A DNA stretch of 48,668 bases, the filler included, from Bipalium vagum (Eukaryota): NCBI GenBank assembly GCA_037834085.1. It is 2 parts of 2 records of this genome, joined end to end, with 100 filler letters (N's around TTAATTAATTAA, not from the genome) between each part and the next. Parts side by side here need not be neighbours in the genome. Positions count along the whole stretch, not along the records: positions 1 to 28,943 come from JBBMKC010042908.1; positions 29,044 to 48,668 come from JBBMKC010271061.1. One strand, written 5' to 3'. The position numbers and the translations under genes were made by a program. Every line of letters begins with the position of its first letter. The stretch's first letter is position 1. The notes below the pieces were generated by a model. It was not told the origin of the DNA, searched no databases, and was given only the letters and a program-made list of their open reading frames with translations. This document shows, one piece after another, positions 1 through 29,070 of this stretch.

Positions 1-229
1 ACATCTTCATCATTCTCCACATCACTAAAGTCTTTCTTCATGAATTTCCACACTTTTTCCCACTCTTCTTCTTTGCACCGGGCGCCCCTTTGAAAATCAT
101 CGCTGACGACGTTTAATGTAAGGCTCCTACTAACGCCCCAACTAGCGGAGCCCTGTCTTTTGGATACTGACTTTGCTCTTCTTCGTATTCGACCAGTCTA
201 TCACCACCAACTTCCTCTTCTAATGCATT

Positions 230-460
230 TAAATTATTTCTTCACTATGCCCGTTCCTGTTGCACCGCCTACACTTTATATTTGGACAATTTCTCTTAAT
301 ATGACCCTCTCTCTGACATCTAAAGCATACTTGAGGTTTCTTTTTTGGACAATCCCTGCTTATGTGACCCTGAGTCGAACAGGTCCAGCATTCTATTTGT
401 CTTCTTGCCGTACAGTTACGAGCTAAATGACCCTCATTATTACATCCATAACATTTAATA
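230..460 (-). mobile_element. Retrotransposon gag relic (Ty3/Gypsy-like) with four tandem CCHC zinc knuckles
   Basis: Minus-strand translation: IKCYGCNNEGHLARNCTARRQIECWTCSTQGHISRDCPKKKPQVCFRCQREGHIKRNCPNIKCRRCNRNGHSEE. This gives three complete C-X2-C-X4-H-X4-C motifs and a fourth truncated one, bounded by stops. It has no ATG, so it is absent from the ORF track. The element probably extends to position 1 and, beyond the insertion, to about 1400. Confidence 0.75.
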
Positions 461-511
461 TTTGTTAATTATGGCGTGAGGTCCTAATTTTAAAAAATTC
501 AAATAAACTAA

Positions 512-892
512 TTCTTCGAATCACTTCTTATCGATATCATATGTCCATTCGACACTGAACTCGCCTTCCGATGCAACGACGAATCAAACCGAAAGCACTA
601 TCAACCAGCAATCGACGGCGCCATAAGGGAACTTGGGAGAACTTGGAATTGTTCTACTAACACTTTCATCGTAGGAGCTATAGGATCGTTTTGGAGCCAA
701 AACTTCACATTCCTCGGATCCATTGGCTTCAAAGAAAAAGAATTAATACATTTGGCAATGTCGTGTTCCCTTACGTGCATAAAAGAATCCTCACGCATTT
801 GGGACACGTTCAGACAGAACGCGGAGAAGGCAAAAACTGAGAATCGAATCGCTATTGCAAAGCAGAATTATATCACGACTTATGTTTTATAA
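512..892 (+). mobile_element. 5'-truncated non-LTR retrotransposon, C-terminal restriction-like endonuclease (RLE) region (R2/NeSL/R4-type)
   Basis: Stop-free frame 512-892: LLIDIICPFDTELAF...RKHY...FIVGAIGSFWSQN...LGSIGF...LAMSCSLTCIKESSRIWDTF. This matches the RLE C-terminal pattern (IIDVxCPF...KY...IVGALGSW...S..IW). It is followed by AATAAA and (GTTTT)n. Confidence 0.75.
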
Positions 893-903
893 ATAAAACA
901 TAT

Positions 904-928
904 TGTTTTGTTTTGTTTTGTTTTGTTT
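904..928 (+). repeat. (GTTTT)n microsatellite at the 3' end of the RLE element
   Basis: tgttttgttttgttttgttttgttt. Confidence 0.85.
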
Positions 929-1489
929 AATTTCTAATCTGATTATCTCCACGCTAATGGATTTGGTAGGTATCAGATAACATGTTATCTCTGACTGTCC
1001 CACTTCCTCCAAAAGAAACTGTCAATTTAGTAAAATTTCTTCTGTTCTGACTTTTTTTTCGACTTCAGCGACATAAATATGTCAAATCTAAAGCTGAAAT
1101 TTGTTGACTGAAGCAAACTATTTGCCTTTTATCTGTTCTAATCTTTGGTATACACTCTACCTATGAATACCACTTCCATTATACCTGAGTTTTGTTTGAA
1201 CGAGGTGGTCCTTATTTCTACAGCATTAACATCAGCGGTTGAACACGACCGTCTTCATGTTCTGTGAAGCTTCACTTCATTCTTTGTTATTTGTACGTCG
1301 TCGGTTTCACCTTCAGGTCAACTGTGGAATCCCAAGCTCACTGGGCCCCATCGTGAAATCCTTTTGAATGTTCGTCATAAAAAAATAAATGAATATATTG
1401 GAATAGAATGATCTTCTCTTCGACAAATGTCTTCTGTCTTCTACGATCACCAATCTCTATGTTGTTAAATGACTATTTTTTTATAGCCA

Positions 1490-1950
1490 ATAATAAATAA
1501 AGAAGCCAACGGTGGGAAACAAGCAAAAGAACGTTTAACTATTTGTCTGTTATGTTCAACATCAGGAGAAAAGTTCAAACTATTAGTAATAGGCAAAGCA
1601 AGAATGCCTCCAACATTCAATGGTATCATTCCAAATGATGTTTATTGGGAATATAACATGAAATCATGGATGACATCCATTATTTTTAAACAATACCTTC
1701 TCTGCTTTGACCGCGAAATGCAGAAACAAAATCGCAAAGTCCTTCTGCTGCTTGACAATGCACCGTGTCATGCTGAAGTTGAAATGGACAATGTAAAATT
1801 AGTTTTTTTTATCTCCAAATACCACAGCTTATACACAACCTCTCGATGCTGGGATAATTAAAAATCTCAGAATCTCACCAGAATGAACACTTGTCTACAT
1901 TAAACATTTTTTGTCCGACCCAGGGTGTTCAATCTAACCAGGTTTCACTG
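1490..1950 (+). mobile_element. Tigger/pogo (DDE_1, TIGD-like) transposase relic with right TIR
   Basis: GGKQAKERLTICLLCSTSGEKFKLLVIGKARMP...KSWMTSIIF...RKVLLLLDNAPCH, then a frameshift near PNTT..QPLDAGII. The element ends ...CCAGGTTTCACTG|TA, a Tigger-like terminus plus TA. Confidence 0.85.
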
Positions 1951-2325
1951 TACTTTTAAAATATATAAACCAAGAATTTTTGTAAAAATCTATGCTTATT
2001 AAACGAAATTTCTAGGTTTTTAACCGTAAATCAACCCCTAACCCTAATTCTTTTTTTTTCAACAAATTTAATTTCCGTTCAATAAAAATCAAAAATTATC
2101 GAATCTCGTTTTAATATATCAATTATCGATCGATGATATTTAATTAAAACGAAAATTTTCCGTAATAAAAAGTGAAAATTGTAATATTTGTTTTAATAAA
2201 ATGGTAAAATATAAAAAAGTATAAGTAAAATAAGATATGGTAAAACTTAATAAAAAAATCATTAATAATTTTGAAACTTGTTCTATTAGAGCTATTATGA
2301 CCAAAGTACAAATTTACACTATGAA

Positions 2326-4201
2326 ATGCAACAGTTATCAAAAGATTCAATAAAACAAACTTTGAAAAGAATTAATACAAAATTTGCTTATATCGAAAAT
2401 TTAGTAAACTATAGCCCATCTGGAAAGAGTATTTTTTGCCTTGTGTTAATGTTCAATGGAAAAGAAGAAATATTTATTCTGGATGTACGTAAAACACTTT
2501 TGTTTCCAGTGATCTTTATATATTAATTACAGAGAGCGTCTTTTGGACAGCATCTTTTCGATTCAGTCTTAGAATATTTACACTTGAACGAGCGAGAGTA
2601 TTTTGGGATCACATATGATGACAAAAATCAAGATAAAGTTATTGTTTTAATGATCAGAACAAATTAATTTACATTGATCCTTTAGCACTGGTTAAACTGT
2701 TCACAGAAGATTTCTAAGCAAATAAAAGGTGAGTTTTTGGTTTTTTTTTTGAAAGAAAGTGTATTGAGATGGATGTTGTGAGGATTACAAAGGATTAGAA
2801 ATGTCTCTTTGATAATAATTAATGTAGAAAATTCTAGTAACATGATTACTCAATGAGAATTAATAGTAATAACTAATAATATTTATTCACCTTTAATATT
2901 GTAATAAATCAATAAACATATTTTGTTTCAGGTGGAAAGATGAAATTCGAAATCCAAGTCAAATTTTATCCTCCAGAAATAGGAATGATCAAAGAGAGCT
3001 TGACAAGATTTTATTTATATCAACAAATTCGACAAGATATATGCTGTGGAAGGTAAGTATGTCTATATTTAGTCTATCATGTTATTACAGTTTTTCAGAC
3101 TGCCTTGTTCATATTATTCTTATGTCACCATGGCGTCATATTTTATTCAGTCTGATGTAGGAAATTTTAACCGTTCCGTTCACAAGAGTTATCACTACAT
3201 AACCAATCACTCAGTTGCTCCAATGCACCTGCAAAACCCGGAATTCATGGAAGATGTACGAGAGTTACACAAATATCTCAGGTAAACAGGTTTCTTATGT
3301 TATGTCACACTGAACATTAATTATAGAGGCCTAACTGCAGAACAAGCTGAAATGGCAGTTTTAGAAAATGCCACAAAATGTGCCTTGTATGGTTTGGATA
3401 TGCATCTCATGAAAGTAAAATTTTTATGGTTTTCAGGCAAAGTCAATAAGTATAATTTTATTTTATCAGGATGAAAGTGCAGAAAACGTTGTTCTTGGTG
3501 TAAATTATGCGGGAATTATGATTTTTTCGGACTTCCTTCGAAAATTCTTTTTCGCATGGAATCGAATTCTGAAAGTCACTTTTAAAGACAAAAAGGTCAA
3601 GATAAGAGTTAGAAACATAGATAATAAATCAGTATACAAAAAGCACAAATTTTCTTGTGCAACCTGCAGTCTGGCTGAAAGAGCTTACAAGGCCATTATC
3701 GATAACCACTTCTTTTTCCGGTAGGTTTTTTACGCTTACAAATTGAGTATTAACTTAGGTTTCGGTTAAATTTACATTGGGAAGTATTGACTTTATTAAG
3801 TTAAAATGTTTTTTTTTGTAAATTTAACCGATCTCATTTTCTATAAAATTTTCCAAACATATTTTTCAATTATTGATTAAAACGTAATTTTCAGAATAAC
3901 TGGTTTTCGCGAAGCTCTTAAAAATTTTCAAGAAAAAAGGAAGCAAGAAAATATTTATAACAGAAAAGTTATGAAAGCTAAAACCGTTCCAACTAGATTA
4001 TTAAGATATCGAAATGTAAATAAACGAAAACCAAAGTTGAAAAACACAACGATCAAAACACCTGTGGAATATAGAAATAATAAAATGCATCGAGAAATTC
4101 CAGAAGAGGTCTACGTTGATACCAACTTTGAGGACTCTAAAGCTTGTAAATTGTTACGAAAATTACAAATCCTAAATCTCAGCGAAACCGATTTTGAATA
4201 A
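2326..4201 (+). CDS. Band 4.1-family FERM-domain protein, 8 exons, 418 aa
   Basis: join(2326-2484,2533-2637,2686-2728,2932-3052,3099-3281,3327-3414,3470-3720,3895-4201). All introns are GT-AG and the 1257 nt stay in frame. FERM motifs: GQHLFDSV..L.L.EREYFGI, HWL, VKFYPP, TRFYLYQQIRQDI..GRLPC, GLTAEQAE..LENA...LYGLDMH, LGVN..GI, FAWNRILKVTFK, NHFFFR. AATAAA at 4216. Confidence 0.9.
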
Positions 4202-5572
4202 TTTGTTTTAATTAAAATAAAAATTTTAAAATTGTAATGAGACAGTTCTTAAAAATCTGACTGGTTTCTTCTCACAAGGGGTTCGAACTATCGTTTGTTT
4301 TATCAAGAAGTGATTACCTCAGTTTTGAAAAACCACCCAAAATAGCCTAATAAATTACATATATCAATTTGACAATTTCTGTTTATATTTGGTATTAAAT
4401 TATATTAATTATTACCAATAATAATTAATTTTAAATAAATTTATTAAATATTATTTATCTTGTAACTTTCGATCAGTGCATTATTGGTTTTCACAAAATG
4501 ATAATCCTATAATTTTAAATGTAAATTTTGCAAATTTGAATTTTTTTAAAAAGAACTTTGTGATTGACAGCTTTATTGTCCATTTATAAAAGTTTATAAT
4601 GGTTTCGAATATATGACGACGAGAAAAATCCTTATTGTTTACAGAAAATTGTTAACAAGATCTATTTTTAATTTTGAACTGCTTAGAGGATCCGTTAAAT
4701 CATGACAACACATATGATAAATATAAAATTTGGTTTTCTTTGGTTTGTGGTGATAACAAAAGGAATTACATCCTTGTGACCTTGTAGTTAATTTTTTTGA
4801 TTAGCAAACTCTAACCCCAGACTAACCTTAGAGGATCAGGTATACACAGTTACATCATCACTTTTTATGGAGATTGTTACTGCTTCTGTATAAACTTCTT
4901 CATTTTATGACATCACCAAGTAATAATTATTTATTGAAGGAAAGTAAAATGAAATTATTTGTTATATCAGGCCAAATTGTGTATTCATTTTTGCCGTTTT
5001 TTAAATCAGTTAATATTTTTTGAAATAAATTATTCACAATAACCATTATTATACGAGATTTAAAATAAGCATGATGCAAAACAGAAGACCATTTTTTTGT
5101 AAAGAGGGAAGTAAAATATTAAATAATATCAAAGACTTAAAATATTAAGTCTCATTCGATTTCAATGACAATTCGTGGTAAAAAGCTTCCGACAAACTGT
5201 TTTTTCCATAAAAATACTAGAAATTATTTCAAATTATTTTAAGAATTTTTATTAGACAAAATCAGTGCCAGGCGTTAAGAAGTTTTTTCAGCACATTTTC
5301 ATCTTACTTGCACAAACTGGTAAATCAATACTTAATAAAACTCATGGGAATCTGAACCATTTTAAGAAGCTTGGCATTTCGGTTATCTGAGCTTAGACAA
5401 ATATGAATATATAATAATTTTAAAAAACTCATTTTTCTGTTTAAAGCTTGGTTTTCTGTAATTATGATCACTTAATATATAATACCGGTTTTATGAAACT
5501 GTCTTTAGCCTAAAAATATACCATGAGTTATGTTTTGATTTTCAAATGTCTAACTACTTATCATACAAGTGT

Positions 5573-5880
5573 TTGGTTAACAAATGGTACATCCCTGTGA
5601 ACCCTGATAAAATTTAATTATTAAAACCCCAAAAGGATCAGAAGTGTAATAATAATAATAATAAAGGCAATTTATTATTTTTCCAAAACGGATCTAATCT
5701 TGACAATGACGAAGCTAAATTGCCAAGGTTAGATCAATGTCTCCAAGGAGGATCCGTTTTAGGAATAATAATCTTAAAAGGGGATTGACTTCCCCATTGA
5801 TAAAACTGGTCTACGATTGATTAATTGTCTGATCAAAATAATATTTAAGGAGGTGGAATCTGAAGTGGATTAACACAAAA
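5573..5880 (+). repeat. Unclassified dispersed repeat, copy A (decayed coding-like module)
   Basis: Collinear blocks shared with the reverse complement of 47427-47748 and partly with 44989-45060, e.g. TTGGTTAACAAATGGTACATCCCT, CAAAAGGATCAGAA, GATCTAATCTTGACAATG. Confidence 0.65.
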
Positions 5881-7199
5881 GACATCTTGAAATATTATTT
5901 TGAAGAAATTTATCGGAAGAAACATATTATATTACCCGAGATATTTGTCCGAAGAAATATGTTATCTTGGAAGAAATTTGTAATTCATTACTTTATGCTC
6001 TCAATTATGCGACAGAAGCTTAAGATGGGTCCTGCGCTGTTAGGGAGATTCTGAACGAGCCGGATCGGACTCAGCAAACTACCCTTTGGAACCGTCATCG
6101 AAAGAAATGATTAGGATATCGTTGTTTTCTTTGTTTTCCTTTTTCTTATAATTTAATTGATATTTTATTAAAATTTTAATTTAGTTATTTAATTGATTAT
6201 TACTCTTTATAAGGACATTTAACTTTCAGCTTGATCGATTATTCGTTATTGCAATATTTAATTTTTATGATTGTGTGATTGTTGACAATTTTTTTTTTAT
6301 TTTATTGACAATTGGATTTGATTATTATCCTTTAGTGAGACATTGTAATTGTAACTTTGGTAATAGTGTTATTTTTAGTTGTTATTTATTCATTTCCCTA
6401 CACGTTTTGACAAAAGTGAAGGGGTCAGTAAAATTTACGAGCTAAGTGTTACGACAAGGTGAATAGTTTAATAGGATAACACAAATATAATGTTCGTAGG
6501 AGTGCATCAAGAAATATGGAACTGAAGCGTGAATCTTTTAAAATTTTATTTTAACATTTGCGATTAATTTTGTATTTTTGATAATTTGCCTTTATTTGTT
6601 TAGATCTACTTGTAATTTTTATATTTGTAATTGTGATCTAATCATTATTTCATATTTTGATATATTCTTAGAATGATTATTATAAATAATTGTTTTATTA
6701 AATTAAAAATGACCTTGAGCTTTCTAAGATGAGATAATTATGATAATTAACAAAATATTATAAATTAAATAATTAATGTAACGAACTCATAAAATGACGA
6801 GGATCATGATAAAATATATTCGTTTTTAACTAGGACTGTGGATTCTGAATAATATACTAATATAATAATTTATTGAAATTTGATAAAACAATTTAATTCA
6901 ATCAAATATCACATTAAAGCTCAAGCGAATCATCAGATAAAAAAGAACCAAATTATTGACGTCATTGACTAAGTTAAACATTCATATAAGTTTACGTTAG
7001 AAGTAGGGATGAAGTTATTGTCCGAGCTGTAAAGAGCTAATGACAAAGCAGTATAAATACCGAGCCAAAATCATAAAAAACTCAACTATAAATCGATAAT
7101 TGACAGTCAGCAATGCTGCAAGTTGTTAAGAATAATTAACCGATTAAATTAACTAAAAATATTTTTATTGTCTGTGTGAGATAAATTGAAAATTAGTCG

Positions 7200-7265
7200 G
7201 GGGATGTAGCTCAGTGGTCAGAGTATTGCATGTGAAAATCCCGGGTTCGAATCCCGGTATCTCCA
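7200..7265 (+). pseudogene. tRNA-Ala(TGC)-derived pseudogene or repeat
   Basis: GGGGATGTAGCTCAGTGGTCAGAG..TTGCATGTGAA..CCGGGTTCGAATCCCGGTATCTCCA. A and B boxes and acceptor/T stems are present. The 5' strand of the anticodon stem is deleted. Confidence 0.8.
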
Positions 7266-9039
7266 ATTAATTTTCACTAACATTCTGTTTTCTTATTTTT
7301 TGTAAAAACTATTCGAGTAAAACGTAGTTCCCATCAGACTTTAAAAATTAATAAATTTTTAATTTTTACATTACACATATTTTTGTCCTAATAACAATAA
7401 ACGTGTTGTTGAGAGGATTAACTTTTTAATTATATTATGAAATTTGTAAAAAAGAAGAATTTTAAATATATATAAATCACTAAATTGTTGATTTCATTGA
7501 TCTCTTGAACTCATTGATTATAATAAAATTATTTAAAAACAAATTCAAATTATAACATTGATCGATGATTCCATTTTTGGAAAAATAACCAAAACACCCC
7601 TGCTCACATTTTTTACAACCGATATTCAAAAGTTAAACAATTCCCCACCGTTTTCCTAATTAAACGAACATTTCACTATTCAGGCTACATAATTATTTTA
7701 CCAACACCAGAGGACATATGAACATAATAAAACAATATATTTATTTGATAATTCAACCAGTAATTTAACTATATATTATTTATAAAATTAACTTTATTAT
7801 CCATTACTTTTATTACTCCCTGTATATTTTATAACCACATTAGCTAAAGCTAAATTGTTATTTGGTTTTTATAGATTGTCTACTAAAAGAGTCGAGAGAA
7901 AATTCGAAGCTTTCCATTTATAGATATATTTTTATATATAATTATAATAACTATTAGAAAGTTTTGTCTTTATACTCATCTAACTGTGAGCTCATATTTG
8001 CATTGAATTGAAAGTCTTGACTTTGAATTATCATAAAAGTTTATGAGAGGATTACGGAGAAATTGAGATTTATCATCCTCAAATCTGCCGTTCTGACAAG
8101 TATTATTTAACCCCATATTTTGGGTTTAATTTTTTAAAATATTTGGTTTATTATCTGGTCTCAGGAAATATTTCCTCTTTCTTTAATCAGAAAAGCGCAT
8201 TTTTTGTCGTATTTAAATTTTAATTTTTCTATACCTACATCATGAACTAAAACATAAAATTGAAGTTTTTTGTACTTCCCATTATAAAAAAGAAATTATT
8301 CATTTTAGTAAAGAAGTAAAGACTTCGTTTAAAGTTAATACCAGATGGGGTTATGTTAATTAATTCTAAAATTCATGAAAAATAAACTGAAATAATATTT
8401 TTTATAATTATAAAGTAGTTGATTTACTTTACTTTTTTCTTCATTATTTGTGTTCCATGTTTCACTGCTAAGTTCATGATTCAAAAGTGACCTGTAAAGA
8501 CATCGTTTCTATAATTTCCGGTTTCATATTTCAATTACTATTTTTGTTTTAGATCTTCAGGCGTTTAATCCGGCTCTCTATTTTTTAGTTTCTTAAAAGT
8601 TCGATTCCATTTCGGTGACCTATACGGATACACAAATATATTCATTGCATTATTACTAGGACCACAAAAAAGTCAAAAATGTCAATGAAGTCAAAAAAAT
8701 TACATATATAATTAAAAAACTTTAATTTTTAATATCATGTATTTTTCAACGTTTAACTCTCCCTTTATTATTAATAAACATACTCAAGTAATTATTTTAG
8801 ATGTTACTGATTTCAAAAATAAGTCGACAGATTAATATTAACTCCATGAGCTTATGAAATAAGTAAAAGGATTGAAAATGACTTTAGGCATGGTAAAACA
8901 AGTTTATGAAACACTTGATTCTATTTTTAATCTTTCATCTTTAGCAGTAATTAATAAATCGTGAAATATAAGAGAAATTTTTGGACCCAGAACATGAACA
9001 ATGGGGTGACGATAGCATTGCCAAAAAACACTTGACGCA

Positions 9040-9170
9040 GGAGAGTTAGAAGAGAATGAATATCTACACTTAAGCCCCCATGAAAGAAATAGAAAGCCAG
9101 TTGTTAAATGATAAAAATCCTGGAAAATAGTATGATTCCTGTGAAAATTTTTGAGTAGGGTTCACTTTAA
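9040..9170 (+). mobile_element. Possible LINE (RTE-like) pre-RT relic
   Basis: Fragments PPMKEIESQLLNDKNPG and IPVKIFE*G resemble the conserved 'E...L.N.KAPG.DGIP.E' segment. Heavily decayed. Confidence 0.3.
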
Positions 9171-9505
9171 TTTCATGATTGAAAAACAGATTTTGTGGCC
9201 AGTACTGGAGATTTGAGTCGCATTTGAAATATCGGAGATGCTACTAGTTCGATTATTACGAATAGTTGCTGAAACCACTGCTTTCACTTCTTTTATATTT
9301 CAATGTAATATATTCCAAATCCTTGTTTCCTATCCAACGTACCACGTTAAAAAAAACTGATCTCGTAATTTTCTGGCCTAGTTTTTGTTGACATTGAAAA
9401 ATTGGAATAAATCCTCGATCGTGGAATATTCAGATTCCACCTTTCCCATTTTGACCAACAACCTTTCATAATTCTGTAATAATAAAAAAATTTATCCTCT
9501 GAAAG

Positions 9506-9526
9506 ATATATATATATATATATATA
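9506..9526. repeat. (TA)n microsatellite
   Basis: atatatatatatatatatata. Confidence 0.9.
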
Positions 9527-10143
9527 CTTGTTCTGGTGTTTTCCGTCAATTTTAAAAAAATTGGAAAATAATTTCTGATTTTGGTTATTTCTCTAAATAG
9601 CACAAAATTGTTTCGACTTTTTTGAATGAATTTTATTAATTTTTTTTAATTTTTGATAATATTTTTTCAAAAATTCATTTTAAAACATTTTTCAACTGTA
9701 GCAATTATTATAAATATTTTTATAGCTATAAACATAAATAAAACATCTAAAATATTTATTATCATTTTTAGTAAAAAAAAATAATGTATATAATGCATAA
9801 ATTTTATTTTATACATATAAATATTACATGATGTATAATTATAATTATTTAAAGGGTTTCTGGGACCCCAGAACCTAGGTTGGAGTCATTGGGTCTATCT
9901 TCAACCACATGAAAGATTCATAATAATTTTCTTCAATAGAAATCCCTTTTTCATTGAAATCTAACAATTAAAATTTAATACCATGAAAATTTTGAAAATT
10001 TTAAATTACCTGAAATAAGAAATTAAATATTTCTATATATTGGTCAATTTTATTTAAGATTGTGTTTGTTTAGATAATTTCAATTTAACCTTGAATATTA
10101 ATGTATATTTTAATCATTGTTATTCATTTGTTTTTTTAAAAGA

Positions 10144-27783
<17,640 letters not shown>

Positions 27784-28678
27784 GTTTGTTTATTTTTATT
27801 TCTGTTCACAAAATCATTCTTTTATTGATTATACTTCTTATTTATTTATATTTATGTATTTTAATAATATCATTCTCTAATGCTTTTAAAGGATTTATAA
27901 CTGAAAGTTTGCCTAAATTTATCTATTTTTATTGATATTATATGTTCATTTTGAGAATAGATTATTTTAATAAATATTAAATTAGCCTTTTTAAATTGTT
28001 GAAAATGAAAGATTTTATAATTTTTTAAATTTCTAAAATTATTTCAAACATTTTTGACATATTGTGTTCATTTCATAAATACAATATTTTATGTTTACTG
28101 TTATCTTTTCATAAAAATTAATTTTAAATAAATAATAAATTTTTTTTATTTATATATTTTATTTTTATTTATTAGTATTTATTTATTTCTTACTTTTAAA
28201 TTATTATTTTTTGTATCTATTATTCTTTTTAATTTTTATCATTATTTTATTATTTAAATTATAATTTTTTATGCTGTATTAGAAGTATTTTTAGAAAGAA
28301 AATCGTTTTATATAAGCCTTAGAGTCAACCTTTTCTGCTTTATTCATAATTTCACTAACATTTAAGATTGATCACTGTTTTCAACTTTTTGAATATGTGA
28401 ATTTATTGTTTATTTTATGTGTAAAATGAATGATTTTTTGCACCTACATTAATATTCACATAAAACCTTTATTTTTTAATATAATTTTACCTGGAACCTG
28501 AGAAAATATTTTTCATGCTTTTTGTTCATTAATGAATAAGTTCGATATTCTTTCCAATTCTCATGTCGTTATTCATCATTTCGTAATTCGTAAATATATC
28601 CTTCCTGATTTTGTTTATTTATTTTTCACACAATATTGGGTTTAAATACCACTTTTAAATGATTTTTTGTGCTGATAG

Positions 28679-28774
28679 TTCGTCAAAATAATCCCTTTTC
28701 TTCAGAATACCCCAAATCGGAATAAATCTCCTTTTAAACAATTGAATATCATTATTCAAAGAAAGAGAATATGA
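28679..28774 (+). CDS. SLC11A2: Tentative terminal exon of NRAMP (FVKIIPFLQNTPNRNKSPFKQLNIIIQRKRI*)
   Basis: AG at 28677-28678 gives a phase-0 open frame to TGA and a total length of 543 aa. The C-tail is not conserved, so this cannot be verified by homology. Confidence 0.35.
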   Translation, partial: FVKIIPFLQNTPNRNKSPFKQLNIIIQRKRI

Positions 28775-28868
28775 CATTGTTAACTTACATGGTAAAGCTA
28801 AAAAATGGTTAGACTCTACCAGAAATAATGAAGATAACTGAAAATTTCTTTTATTAACAATACATGTA

Positions 28869-28943
28869 CAGTCCCCGCCAAAAGTTTATGATCACTTAGC
28901 AGTTTCATGAAATAAAATGATATATTATATTTTGACAGTCATA
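28869..28943 (+). mobile_element. Probable Tc1-like left terminus running into the gap
   Basis: TA|CAGTCCCCGCCAAAAGTTT resembles Tc1-family TIR starts. No partner TIR is visible. Confidence 0.45.
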
Positions 28944-29043
28944 NNNNNNNNNNNNNNNNNNNNNNNNNNNNNNNNNNNNNNNNNNNNTTAATTAATTAAN
29001 NNNNNNNNNNNNNNNNNNNNNNNNNNNNNNNNNNNNNNNNNNN
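28944..29043. other. Artificial 100-nt scaffold spacer (N44-TTAATTAATTAA-N44)
   Basis: Symmetric N runs around a palindromic 12-mer that has stops in all six frames. Confidence 0.9.
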
Positions 29044-29070
29044 CTAATTTATATAAAAATAATATAGCAA

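Noticed and set aside
160-807. ORF-track entries 160-426 (+) and 601-807 (-)
   Set aside because: They are antisense shadows of the gag knuckle region and the RLE frame.
5573-5740. GL.NGT.L-like words suggesting a PIF1/Helitron helicase
   Set aside because: The downstream helicase motifs (AMTINKSQG, YVALSR) are not consistently recoverable across the copies.
28775-28943. Iron-responsive element in the NRAMP 3' region
   Set aside because: No CAGUGN-loop hairpin is seen, and the region is cut by a TE end and a gap.
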